In this document: one piece after another, positions 1 to 12,008 of the stretch
Numbering within the stretch: the stretch's first letter is position 1
Layout: each line of letters opens with the position of its first letter
Assembly: GCA_964016885.1 (NCBI GenBank)
Contig: OZ024740.1
Span: 344,782,001-344,846,000 of the forward strand
Reading direction: 5' to 3'
DNA length: 64,000 bases
Origin: Eledone cirrhosa
Taxonomy: Eukaryota
Position numbers and translations under genes: made by a program
The notes under the pieces: generated by a model
What the model was told of the DNA's origin: nothing
Database searches by the model: none
What the model saw: the letters and a program-made list of their open reading frames with translations, nothing else

Positions 1-817
1 CTCGGCGCGATTTTACATTTATTGTTCTATACGACACGGTGCATAGGCGCCGATGCTCCATTTTATTAGGTGGGGGGTGAGGCTGACCCTGTACCCAACT
101 TTCTTTACCATTTGTTTGGCATTTTCTAAATCCTCTTGAGATACCGTGAATGCTTCGAATTGTTTTGCCACTATGGCGAAACTGAGGGTCGGTCTTATAA
201 TGTCATTGTTGTTGTTGTTGTTGCTATCGTTATTTGTGTTAATATTAATTTTAGTTTCAGTTGTGGTGGTGGTGACGTCAGTCGTCTTTGGTGCGGAAGA
301 GTCCATTTTGCTTAATTTCATTTCGACATCACGAGTTAATTTATTTTTTTCTTCTTTTGTTTCTGTTGTCGTGGTGGTGGTGGGGGTGGTGGTTGTCGCG
401 GTGGTGGTGGTGTTGGAGGCTTTAACACCTGCAGTCATTGGTAATGGCGGGAAATGAATGTCTGCCTGAGACAAATTTAAAATATTGCTACTGCTTATAT
501 TTTTTTTTGTGTTGGCAAACGTAGTAACATTTACAATGGTGGTGTCGGTGTGAGGTGTTATTTTGTGAGGAAGGGTTTCAGCTGCTTCGTGCAGAGGGGA
601 ATTAGCCATTTTCTTTCAAAGAAATTTTTGGATAATAATAAAAGTTAAAATTTTGGGCACAAGGCCCCAATTTTTTTGGGTGTCCTTTTCGGAAAACAAT
701 GTTTGTGTGCTTATAAACAGTTAACAATAAAATTTTCCATAAATGGCAATTTTTAACAAACGGAAATAACAAACCTCTGCGGAGCTCACGATGATACGAT
801 TTACTACGTAGGTCGCC
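1..817 (-). mobile_element. Probable 5' end (5'UTR and start of ORF1) of an L1/Tx1-like LINE, cut by the window edge
   Basis: Sharp start next to an (AAT)n tract at 818. GC-richer leader with GAGCTCC, then a Thr/Asn-rich ORF (609-19) containing PTLSFAIVAK, similar to the SYA-type motif of LINE ORF1 N-termini. No catalytic domain is visible. Confidence 0.4.
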
Positions 818-862
<45 letters not shown>

Positions 863-1069
863 TTAAAATAAAAAGTGCAAATATTTGGAATAATAAGATA
901 TATGATATATTCAGAATTACCGTTTTTATTCTACTCTCTACATTTTGGAAAGCACATTTTTGGTTGGTAGATCCAACAGTTCTTACTTAACTTATTACTA
1001 TCTATACCGTACAAAACCAGACAAGGAAAACAGCTAAATCCTGAAAATACTATCTATTTTTCAAACTTT

Positions 1070-1478
1070 TCCATGTAATGTGACTATGAAATTTAACATC
1101 GAAAACCAGATATTGTAGTGATCAACAAATTTAACAAACAATATTTGATTTTGGATGCGGCTTGTCCCACTGACAAGAGGTACAAGAATAAGGTTTGCGA
1201 CAAAAACTGAAGAATATTAAGACATACGAACCACTTGCCTAGGAGTTAAAAAATCTGTGAGCAATAGAAAGTGTAGAAGTGACCCCAGGTATAGCCGGGG
1301 CGCCTGGTTTTGTGAGCACCAGAATTGAAAGCTATTTTAAAAAATTTGCAGCGCCTATATCAGAGTAGTGTCCTTACAAAAGGCAATACTATTTCGAACT
1401 GCCATGATACCCAGAAAAGTGCTAGATAATTGAGCATGCCATATCAGTCCAAATCTTTTGCACAATTAGCACCAGAAT
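1070..1478 (+). pseudogene. Decayed 3' fragment (restriction-like endonuclease) of an R4/Dong-type LINE
   Basis: Manual translation gives HRKPDIVVINK..LILDAACP, YEPLA*EL and LQKAIL..RKVLDN*, colinear with the RLE domain at 54610-55170. Followed by a (TAG)n tract. Confidence 0.75.
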
Positions 1479-1490
1479 AATAGTAGTAGC

Positions 1491-1551
<61 letters not shown>

Positions 1552-1790
1552 CTAGTAGTAGTAGTTATAGTAGTAGTAGTAGCATTTCTCCTTATTGTGA
1601 CGTTTGAATTCATGTAATAGCCTTGATGAGGGTGTAGGTTGTAAAACTGAAGCAGTGACTCCGTGATAAAACGATGGTGACTTGTTCATCAAAGTTTTGC
1701 ACCCGTGGATGTGTGAATATCGTGAACTAATCAAGCAACCAAAAATAATATGAAAATATCCTATACAGGAAAAAATGTATCGGCTCCTAT

Positions 1791-1824
<34 letters not shown>

Positions 1825-1825
1825 T

Positions 1826-2248
<423 letters not shown>

Positions 2249-2942
2249 GTTACCTACCTAGCTATGTGTGCTTACACACTTGTAAAAATTATCTCCTGTG
2301 ATTATTCATGTTTATTTATATGTTAATCAATTTCTAGTAATTATATATATATATATTTAATACATTATCAGAGAAAGCTTTAAGAGATACTCTGACCAAC
2401 TCCATCTCACTCAACAAACATTAGGATGCACCTGAGTATATTACCAATTATGTGTTTGGGGTGCTAACTATATAGTATTCCGTGGATAATTAGTTGTATT
2501 ATTTTTTATGGGACATAATTAAATAAATCTCTCTTTTTTTCCATACGATCGTTTCGTTATAAGATTTCTACAAGGTGGGATAAATAATGTCCAAGTTATG
2601 TAGGAACTAGTATATAATCCAAAGATATACACACAAGTGTGCCCTTATAACTCATCAGTGTATGCCCATGCAATATCAATATAAAAAACTACATCGATAT
2701 AATATAATCAGTAATGGTCTCCGTCAGTGCTAGAAGGACTGCTAAGTTTGAAAGCCCAGCAGTCCTTCAAAAGAAATTTCACACTGTCCCCAAAAGGGAA
2801 AGGGGAGGTCATCGTAAAATATAAAATAATATACACAGGTCATTGAAGCCTGTTAGTTATTTTAACCACGTGTTTAATAGCTCAATTGGATATTAAAAAA
2901 ATAAATGTATGTATGTACCATCTATACAGGCATATTGGTATA

Positions 2943-3011
<69 letters not shown>

Positions 3012-3013
<2 letters not shown>

Positions 3014-3409
3014 GGTGTGAGATGCTTAAAGCGTCCGTAAGTGGTATGCCGTTTCAGCACTCGATGCTCTTACAGAGCAGAGTATAATATCACATAGGAA
3101 ACAGAGAATCAGTGGTGCGACGAATAAGATTTATTAGACATATTATAATCGTTTCTCTGGCGACCAGCTAGAGGCACGATGGATGCAATGATGAAACCTG
3201 ACTCAGAACTCGCAAGACCCTCAGATATGTCTCGATTCTACGAAGCAGAGTTTCGTAGAATCGAGACATATCTGAGGGTCTTGCGAGTTCTGAGTCAGGT
3301 TTCATCATTGCATCCATCGTGCCTCTAGCTGGTCGCCAGAGAAACGATTATAATATGTCTAATAAATCTTATTCGTCGCACCACTGATTCTCCGTTTCCT
3401 ATGTGATAT
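3012..3409 (-). mobile_element. Family B fold-back element with a 158-bp near-perfect inverted repeat
   Basis: Arms 3087-3244 and 3252-3409, 7-nt loop, one mismatch seen. Tail 3012-3086 abuts (TA)n. Homologous to 18010-18560 and 62305-62570. Confidence 0.8.
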
Positions 3410-3752
3410 AGGATTATCTAATAGATGTACTAAATGTTACATGAACTATTTGTTTTCTTTTATATTTATTTCAGTGGTATAATCTATCTAAATACAGAGA
3501 TGACAATTCTTTATTTTAAAAATTGTGTCCAAAATATATTATCATCTTAATATATTTACAATGGCGAATAATCTTTCCATTGGAAACCACGCAGCAACGA
3601 ATCATATAATGATCACAATACCGCTTTTTTAATAGTTATACATTCGGCTGTAATCAGCTTAAGCGAAACGATCGCCAGGAAAGACTCTTTTGTTTGCTCT
3701 CTATTTCATAAACTTTTTTGGAAAATGAATAAATAAATTCATGAATAAATAA

Positions 3753-3858
<106 letters not shown>

Positions 3859-4597
3859 CATTAACATTTTCCAATTTTCTTTAAAGACCGTCACAACGAA
3901 TGTTATACGTTAAAGTCTTTCAGCATAATCCGAGGAAAATAATACTAAATATATAAACATAGTAAATTGGAAGAAAAGAAATCGAAAGCTAGCTTAGAGG
4001 GGCAGGGCCTACAGAAATAAATACATGAATTCAACAAAACAACAATAAAAGAAAGTAAATTCAATTCATAGAAAGATTCAAATGTATTACTTTGACATGA
4101 GGAATGAAATATGCATAGGCATACACATACACACACAAACACACATGTATGTATATATCTATGTAAATGTATATATATATAAATATATATATATATACAT
4201 ACCTACATATATACTCATAGGTACCCAGATATAAACAGATACTAACATCCATACACAGAATGTGAAATAAAAAAAATGTCTAAATGTGGAATTGCAATTA
4301 TCTTTCCATCGGAAAATGTAATGCTTTCTAATATAACACAGGAAAATATGTAGTATTCTCTTCGTTTCTCGTCTAATAATGTAATGGACTAAAGGGATAT
4401 ATAGTCGATAAATCAATTGTCGTATACAATATTAGCTCGGTGAAGATATGTAACGTTGTAACGATATAAAACACACGCACAAACACATACCCGCACATAT
4501 ATACAGCCATAGACTCCTACACAGACACTGGCACAAACATTCAACATACATATACATATGTATATATACATATATATACATATATATATATATATAC

Positions 4598-4631
<34 letters not shown>

Positions 4632-4633
4632 GC

Positions 4634-4752
<119 letters not shown>

Positions 4753-4978
4753 TACATATATATTCATGCATATATATAATTATACATATATATAGAGAGG
4801 GAGAAGAAATGAAATGAATTTGCAAATAAAAATAAGGTATTTATGAAGAGGATTTGGGAATCATAAATTGAATTCTAAGTAGATTCTCCTTAAGATAATT
4901 TAATGAAACAGATTATCTTTAACACGAATGTGTTTTGCAAGAGTTATTCATGGAAGTGTATTGCCACAGACACATAAC

Positions 4979-5051
<73 letters not shown>

Positions 5052-5278
5052 ATGTATACATACATATACACACACACACATACATATATATATGTATGAA
5101 TATACATATATACCTACAAATATACATATATATATATACATATATATACATGGATTTTTTTAAAATGAATATTATATGCTCATATATATATTCATAATTG
5201 CAAATATATATTTATACACATAAATATAAATGTACACGAACACTCATCCATATGCACAGATAAATAGGTCTGTGTGTT

Positions 5279-5317
<39 letters not shown>

Positions 5318-5321
<4 letters not shown>

Positions 5322-6012
5322 ACAATAATAAATTTCAAGACTAAAATCCAAAGAGGGCTCGATAAGGATAAGTATATATCAAATATATAAGAACCGTAGA
5401 GCAAATATTTATTAAAATAACAGATTAAACTTTAAGCAAAGAGTCGCTGCTTTCACCCTTAACGGGATCTTCTGAAACTAACAAAGTCAATCTGTAAACG
5501 CAGAAGTGCATATTTCAAAAAAACGTTGCAACGTTTGTATTTATTTACTTTGTTCTTAACTCTGTAGCGGAGATTCATTCGGTCCCCTAGTTAGAATTTT
5601 AGTCTACGACTTCTGCTATACCATTTACGTTGTTTTGTCTTTGCGTGCTATTGTTCTCCACGATCCACATATGACGTATTATCTTCGTTTTTTTCGTTCA
5701 TTGTCAGAGAACGTCTCTATGCACTACCTAAGAGAACATTAGTCTACGACCACTTTTATACCATAAACGTGGTTCTGTCTTTGCGCGTAATTGTTTTTCA
5801 CCGCTCCTATTAATTACGTATTATTCGTTTTTTCCCGTTCTTTGCCAGCGAACGTTTCCACGAACCAAAGTATCGTCCTCCTGTCTTCCTCCGGTTGCAG
5901 CGTTTTTTGAAATATCCACTTCTGCGTTTACAGATTGACTTTGTTAGTTTCAGAAGATCCCGTTAAGGGTGAAAGCAGCGATTCTTTGCTTAAACTTTAA
6001 TCTGTTATTTTA

Positions 6013-6020
<8 letters not shown>
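5318..6020. mobile_element. Family D fold-back element with a variant hammerhead fold
   Basis: Inverted arms 5405-5532 and 5894-6020. The spacer has a diverged ~140-bp tandem duplication. (TA)n on both sides. Fragments recur at 19405-19558 and 46261-46306. Confidence 0.75.
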
Positions 6021-6078
<58 letters not shown>

Positions 6079-6646
6079 TAGTGAGGTTTTTTATATGAAA
6101 TCGTGTGTCGAAACAAATAAAATATATAAATAAATACATACACAAGCACAATAACAACAAGCACATAAACACACACTAGTCACCCAGCAGACACAACACT
6201 GTACACACTAGTCACACAGCAAACATAACACTATACACACACGCAAACGCATGCGCAAAGAAGACAAAATAAAATAAACAAACAAGCAAACAAATAAATA
6301 AATATATAGACAGACTGAATAAAAAATGGCGTAGACATACAACACAACAGGAGGAAAAAAATATAACACCACTGACGATGTTGCAGATGTGCAACGAAAG
6401 ATTTATGTAAATTATGTAAACTATATATATGTGTTTGTGTCTATATTGTATCTGTATTATTTTTGACCGTCGGTCAGTCAATGGCAACGTTGAGGACCGA
6501 GTAAGTTAGATCGCAGATATAAAAGACAGCGAGAAGCGAAAACCAACCAAACAGTGAGTGTGTTCTGTTATTAATTCTGGCAATATTACGCAAATATGAC
6601 CCTCCCCAAGTATAACTATATATATATATATATGTATATGTATATT

Positions 6647-6705
<59 letters not shown>

Positions 6706-7937
6706 GTAGGAGGTGAGTTTTATTGTAGTACAATAAAGCAATGCAGATATCGGATAAGAAGCACTCTACAGTTTGTAGGACTGGAGTATGCATAATATAA
6801 GATCAAAAGATGGTTAAAGGAGTTCCATGTATTTTATTATGCGCATTTCAAAAACAAACATCATCATGCAATAATATTTGTGTTTTATATCAGATAAAAC
6901 AGGAGAACATGATATGAAGGCTAAAAAACACTTGTAGATAGTGCAGTTTTAAATCTACATATGAAAAGTGGTTTTAGATTGATGTGTGATATTGGGAAAA
7001 ATATTTTATTTAGAGAGGGGGGTGGGGTGGAAAGGATGAAAAAGTGGAGGAGATGAGAGGGAGAGATGGGTGATAGAGAGAAAGAGATAGCTTTTATAAC
7101 TGAGAGGAGATATACTGCCCCACACAGAGAGGTTGAAAACCGTTGGAAGATAATGTATAAACCCCCCCAAAAAAAATTTTTGAAAATCAACGAAAGGAGG
7201 ATATGTGCGAGGAAAAAGTATTTTATTTAGGGAGGGGGGCTGGAAAGGATGAAAAAAGGGGGAGGAGATGAGAGTGAAGGTGGAGAGGGAGAGATGGGCG
7301 ATAGAAAGAAAGAGACAGTTTTTATAACTGAGAGAAAGATACATTGCCTTACACAGAGAGGTTGAGAAACCGTTGGAAGATAATGTATAAATTAAAGGAA
7401 TTTGAAAATTAACGAAGGGAATTTATGTATGACGATAGAGAGAAGAAGTAATAATTGTGGATGAATATTCTAACGTCAAAAAAGGGTATGTTGTGGCAAT
7501 TTCAAAATTAACGAAGAGAAAAGTTATTAAGGTTTGTGTGTAGAAGGATTTGAGAAAAATAATGTGAAGTTAAAGTTTGTATATTGGAGGAATTGATAAT
7601 ATATGCGAATAGAGTTAATATGTATTAAGAATGAGTTCGTTGATGGGGAGAAAAAAAAATTAAGGATGAAATTGAGATTAAAAAGATTTATGAGAGAGAG
7701 AAAAAAATATAATGATTGCGGATAAATATTCTAACGTCAAAAAAACAAAAACAAAAAAACAGATGTATATGTTATGAATGATTTTACAAGGTGAAGATAG
7801 AGTGAGGGTAATGAGTAAACAAGTATTATAGAGTGTATAAAGCCCTTTGAAGTATGGTAGGAAGATGGGTATATTTTAAAGAGGTGTATGTATATGTGCC
7901 TTTGAGAAAAGATTCTAAATTGATAAAGAATTGAATA

Positions 7938-10340
7938 TTAACTGTATACTTTGTGAAAAGTTCTATGGAATTTATGCAGGCAGATAGAAAACAAATCTGT
8001 GCGTCTATTTATTATAGAATCTAGGTTAGAGATAATGGTAAATTTTTCATTTAGGCAGAGATTACAGATTTTAGATAGAGAGCTGTTCAAGTATGAGGAT
8101 GCAGAAGAAATCTTCTTCCAAAAGATGGTATATTTAATGTTTTTGTCTTTTAAGGACCATATGAGTTCTGAGAGAGCAGTGTTAGTTCTTTTAAGTTTGT
8201 ATTTGAAAGATGAATGATGATTATAGAGACGAGCTTTAAAAGAGGTGGAAGTGGAGCCAAAATAGGTGAAGGAAATGGTGCTAGTTATAATTTTACATTC
8301 ATAAATTAAGTTTTTATCGAGACAATGGTTGTTGAGAGGACATTTATTTTTAATGCGGCAGTTGCAATTAGAGAGATTATTAATGAGTGATCTAGTGTTA
8401 TCTATAGAAGGAATTGGATTGGAGAAGTTGTTTGCGATAGGAATAATAGGAATAATAGTTTCTTGATTTAGAGTTGGATTATGAACATTTAGCGAAGTTG
8501 TGTTTGACGTTGTATTTGGGTTTACAGAAGTTAGCCTAGGGTTTACAATGACGTCGGGAGTACTATTACTGTTATTATGAAATTCACTATTGGAAGGAAG
8601 AGATTTAGTATTTAGTATTTTATTGTTGTGTTTAGAGATGATGTTGGAAATATTGGAGGATGTAGAATATGAAAATTTGATGGTGTGTTTGTTAAATATT
8701 TTACTATAGATATGTGAGGGAGGGAAGCATTTATTTAAGGCACTAAAAAATAATTTAGGAATATTGTTATTAATAGAGATGGAGAAAGGAGCATTATACC
8801 AGATTATGTTTTTGTATCTAGGTCTTTTATTAAAATTATTGGAATGGTCATGATTAATTATTCTACTGTAAGTTTTTCTAGAATTTGTTTCTTTACTATA
8901 TTTGATTTTATCTGGATAGCCGGCTTTAGAAAGTGCGTTATTATAGTAATTGGCGTTAGCATCAAAGATGTTTTTATTAGAAGATATGTTAGATATTCTA
9001 TTTCCAATATTATTAACTATAGCATTCTTGATATTGGTAGGATGGTTAGATTTAAAGTTAACATAATTAAGGTTCTCATTGTTTTTATGGTAAGGGTAAT
9101 ATAGGCCAGTGTCAAGATTAAGAGATACATCCAAGAAATTAGCTAGTTTGATACTATTATCAAATTCAATTTTTAGGTTATGTTGGTTAAAGAGATTACG
9201 TATATTGTTCTTAATAATATTAAGGTTAACTATATTGCAATTTAGGATAGTAAAGAGTCCATCGTCACGATAAATTCCACCGCGAAGTTGAGGAATTTTC
9301 CGACTCAAAGAGTTCAAAATGAAGATACCAATTAAATCAGTCAATTGGGATGAATCGGATGCTCCCATTGTGATGTCGAAGTTGTTAGAGGTATCGGCTC
9401 TGGTCCAATATTCGTTGTTGAACTCTAGGATGGGTTTACGTGCGGTGAGGATGATGTGAAGTTCATCTGTGGTGATGTCAGAACATTTAAGTGCGAAAGA
9501 TAGAGCATTATTGAGAAGTGAAGGCGAAATGGAGGAATAGTAGCTGGCAATATCAAATTGAATAAATTTTAGTTTGTTTTTATTATCCAATTTGTTGAAC
9601 CAGCCAATCACTTCAGAAGTACCAAACCATAAATTTAGGTTCAAAGAAGAGCAATTAGAACTAACCTGTGGGATAATTCTATCCAAGATGGCTTTACTAA
9701 CAACCCCCAGATCAGATTTAGAGGGGGCGATTAATCTAACAGGTAGTTCAGTGCGAAAATTGTTTTTGTGATCCTTGAGATTTATCCTCGGAGTTCTTGG
9801 GAGGAATGGTTCGGTCTTTTTTTCAATGCCAAGTTTTGACATAATCTCATAGGCTTCAAGGTTTATGCATTCTAAATTTTCATGGTTGGTTTTACGATAC
9901 TTTTTCCTAAGTTCCTTTAGGATGAGGTTGTTATAATTATCCTTGGAAATACCATATAGGTTATTGGTTTTGTCAGAGTGGACTAAAACATTTTTTGAGG
10001 AATTTAGGTTAGAGATTGTGTTCTTGAGATTTACAAGGTGCTCTTGTCCTTTGTAAGGGTATATCTTGAATTTAAGATTTTTTATTATTTTAGTTAATTC
10101 TTCCTCGAATTGTACTAGATTTTTGTTGGAAGGAGGATTTCGTCTAGAATTAAAAAGATGATCGAGGAAGTTGTGTTCTTTGGTATGAAAGTTCCCTTTT
10201 AGGCGCTGGTCATAGAAATAGGCTGTCCATCTAAGTCTTCTTACGAAGGAGTCAGTTTTTTCAATAAGAAGTTTGGTGAATTCAGATTTACCAGGTATAG
10301 GAATGTCTTTAGTTGAATTTGTTATGTTGTAATAATCCAT
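7938..10340 (-). CDS. PLE polyprotein: reverse transcriptase plus C-terminal GIY-YIG endonuclease (~800 aa), uninterrupted
   Basis: RT motifs FIQFDIASYYSSI, ITMGASDS and GIYRDDGL. EN motifs CNCR..CPL..CL..LIY..YFGST..FKARLYNH and CNLCLNEK. N-terminal STKDIPIP and RRLRW are typical of Naiad-like PLEs. First ATG at 10340; the ORF track starts at a TTG at 10400. Confidence 0.93.
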   Translation of the reverse strand: MDYYNITNSTKDIPIPGKSEFTKLLIEKTDSFVRRLRWTAYFYDQRLKGNFHTKEHNFLDHLFNSRRNPPSNKNLVQFEEELTKIIKNLKFKIYPYKGQEHLVNLKNTISNLNSSKNVLVHSDKTNNLYGISKDNYNNLILKELRKKYRKTNHENLECINLEAYEIMSKLGIEKKTEPFLPRTPRINLKDHKNNFRTELPVRLIAPSKSDLGVVSKAILDRIIPQVSSNCSSLNLNLWFGTSEVIGWFNKLDNKNKLKFIQFDIASYYSSISPSLLNNALSFALKCSDITTDELHIILTARKPILEFNNEYWTRADTSNNFDITMGASDSSQLTDLIGIFILNSLSRKIPQLRGGIYRDDGLFTILNCNIVNLNIIKNNIRNLFNQHNLKIEFDNSIKLANFLDVSLNLDTGLYYPYHKNNENLNYVNFKSNHPTNIKNAIVNNIGNRISNISSNKNIFDANANYYNNALSKAGYPDKIKYSKETNSRKTYSRIINHDHSNNFNKRPRYKNIIWYNAPFSISINNNIPKLFFSALNKCFPPSHIYSKIFNKHTIKFSYSTSSNISNIISKHNNKILNTKSLPSNSEFHNNSNSTPDVIVNPRLTSVNPNTTSNTTSLNVHNPTLNQETIIPIIPIANNFSNPIPSIDNTRSLINNLSNCNCRIKNKCPLNNHCLDKNLIYECKIITSTISFTYFGSTSTSFKARLYNHHSSFKYKLKRTNTALSELIWSLKDKNIKYTIFWKKISSASSYLNSSLSKICNLCLNEKFTIISNLDSIINRRTDLFSICLHKFHRTFHKVYS

Positions 10341-10546
10341 GTTGTAGAAGAAGAGGTGAAGGACCATCAAAAGGTATCCAATATCAGAGTAAGCGCTCAA
10401 CCGTTAAGGAGCAAGTTAATGTAGGAGGTGAGTTTTATTGTAGTACAATAAAGCAATGCAGATATCGGATAAGAAGCACTCTACAATTTGTAGGACTGGA
10501 GTATGCATAATATAAGATCAAAAGATGGTTAAAGGAGTTCCATGTA

Positions 10547-10613
10547 TTTTATTATGCGCATTTCAAAAACAAACATCATCATGCAATAATATTTGTGTTT
10601 TCATCAGATAAAA
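10547..10613 (-). ncRNA. Minimal type I hammerhead ribozyme in the Naiad 5' pLTR
   Basis: UUUUAU-CUGAUGA-long helix II-GAAA-UGCGCA-UA/AUAAAA, with palindromic helix III AUGCGCAU. Confidence 0.85.
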
Positions 10614-11760
10614 CAGGAGAACATGATATGAAGGCTAAAAAACACTTGTGGATAGTGCAGTTTTAAATCTACATATGAAAAGTGGTTTTAGATTGATGTG
10701 TGATATTGGTAAAAATATTTTATTTAGTGAGGGGGGGGGGGGGTGGAAAGCATTAAAAAGGGGAGGAGATGAGAGGGAGAGATGGGTGATAGAGAGAAAG
10801 AGATAGCTTTTATAACTGAGAGGAGATATACTGTCCCACACAGAGAGGTTGAAAACCGTTGGAAGATAATGTATAAACCCCCAAAAATTTTTTGAAAATC
10901 AACGAAAGGAGGATATGTGCGAGGAAAAAGTATTTTATTTAGGGAGGGGGGCTGGAAAGGATGAAAAAAGGGGGAGGAGATGAGAGTGAAGGTGGAGAGG
11001 GAGAGATGGGCGATAGAAAGAAAGAGATAGTTTTTATAACTGAGAGAAAGATACATTGCCTTACACAGAGAGGTTGAGAAACCGTTGGAAGATAATGTAT
11101 AAATTAAAGGAATTTGAAAATTAACGAAGGGAATTTATGTATGAAGATAGAGAGAAGAAGTAATAATTGTGGATGAATATTCTAACGTCAAGACGTTAGA
11201 ATATTCATCCACAATTATTACTTCTTCTCTCTATCTTCATACATAAATTCCCTTCGTTAATTTTCAAATTCCTTTAATTTATACATTATCTTCCAACGGT
11301 TTCTCAACCTCTCTGTGTAAGGCAATGTATCTTTCTCTCAGTTATAAAAACTGTCTCTTTCTTTCTATCGCCCATCTCTCCCTCTCCACCTTCACTCTCA
11401 TCTCCTCCCCCTTTTTTCATCCTTTCCAGCCCCCCTCCCTAAATAAAATACTTTTTCCTCGCACATATCCTCCTTTCGTTGATTTTCAAAAAATGTTTGG
11501 GGGTTTATACATTATCTTCCAACGGTTTTCAACCTCTCTGTGTGGGACAGTATATCTCCTCTCAGTTATAAAAGCTATCTCTTTCTCTCTATCACCCATC
11601 TCTCCCTCTCATCTCCTCCCCTTTTTAATTCTTCCCCCCCCCCTCACTAAATAAAATATTTTTCCCAATATCACACATCAATCTAAAACCACTTTTCATA
11701 TGTAGATTTAAAACTGCACTATCCACAAGTGTTTTTTAGCCTTCATATTATGTTCTCCTG

Positions 11761-11827
11761 TTTTATCTGATGAAAACACAAATATTATTGCATGATGATG
11801 TTTGTTTTTGAAATGCGCATAATAAAA
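11761..11827 (+). ncRNA. Minimal type I hammerhead ribozyme in the inverted pLTR copy
   Basis: Same fold as 10547-10613, read directly on the + strand (CTGATGA 11767-11773, GAAA 11810-11813). Confidence 0.85.
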
Positions 11828-11859
11828 TACATGGAACTCCTTTAACCATCTTTTGATCT

Positions 11860-11927
<68 letters not shown>

Positions 11928-11928
11928 T

Positions 11929-12008
<80 letters not shown>

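Larger units (their letters stand above)
6702..11867 (-). mobile_element. Full-length Naiad-type Penelope-like retroelement inserted in (TA)n
   Basis: Direct pLTRs 6702-7479 and 10417-11189, inverted partial pLTR 11192-11867, a single long RT-EN ORF between the pLTRs, and (TA)n on both flanks. Confidence 0.92.
10507..11867. repeat. ~680-bp-arm palindrome (5' pLTR plus its inverted copy) with a 2-nt loop
   Basis: Apex tctaacgtc-aa-gacgttaga at 11181-11200. The arms match out to 10507 and 11867 with few substitutions. Confidence 0.95.

Noticed and set aside
7938-10340. Selenocysteine recoding, as reported for some Naiads
   Set aside because: The intact ORF has no in-frame TGA, and the second copy is interrupted by TAG and a frameshift.
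7006-11654. Three near-identical ~110-aa ORFs (MYLSLSYK...) in the pLTR copies
   Set aside because: They are pyrimidine-rich low-complexity frames repeated only because the pLTR is repeated, and their ends differ by homopolymer indels.
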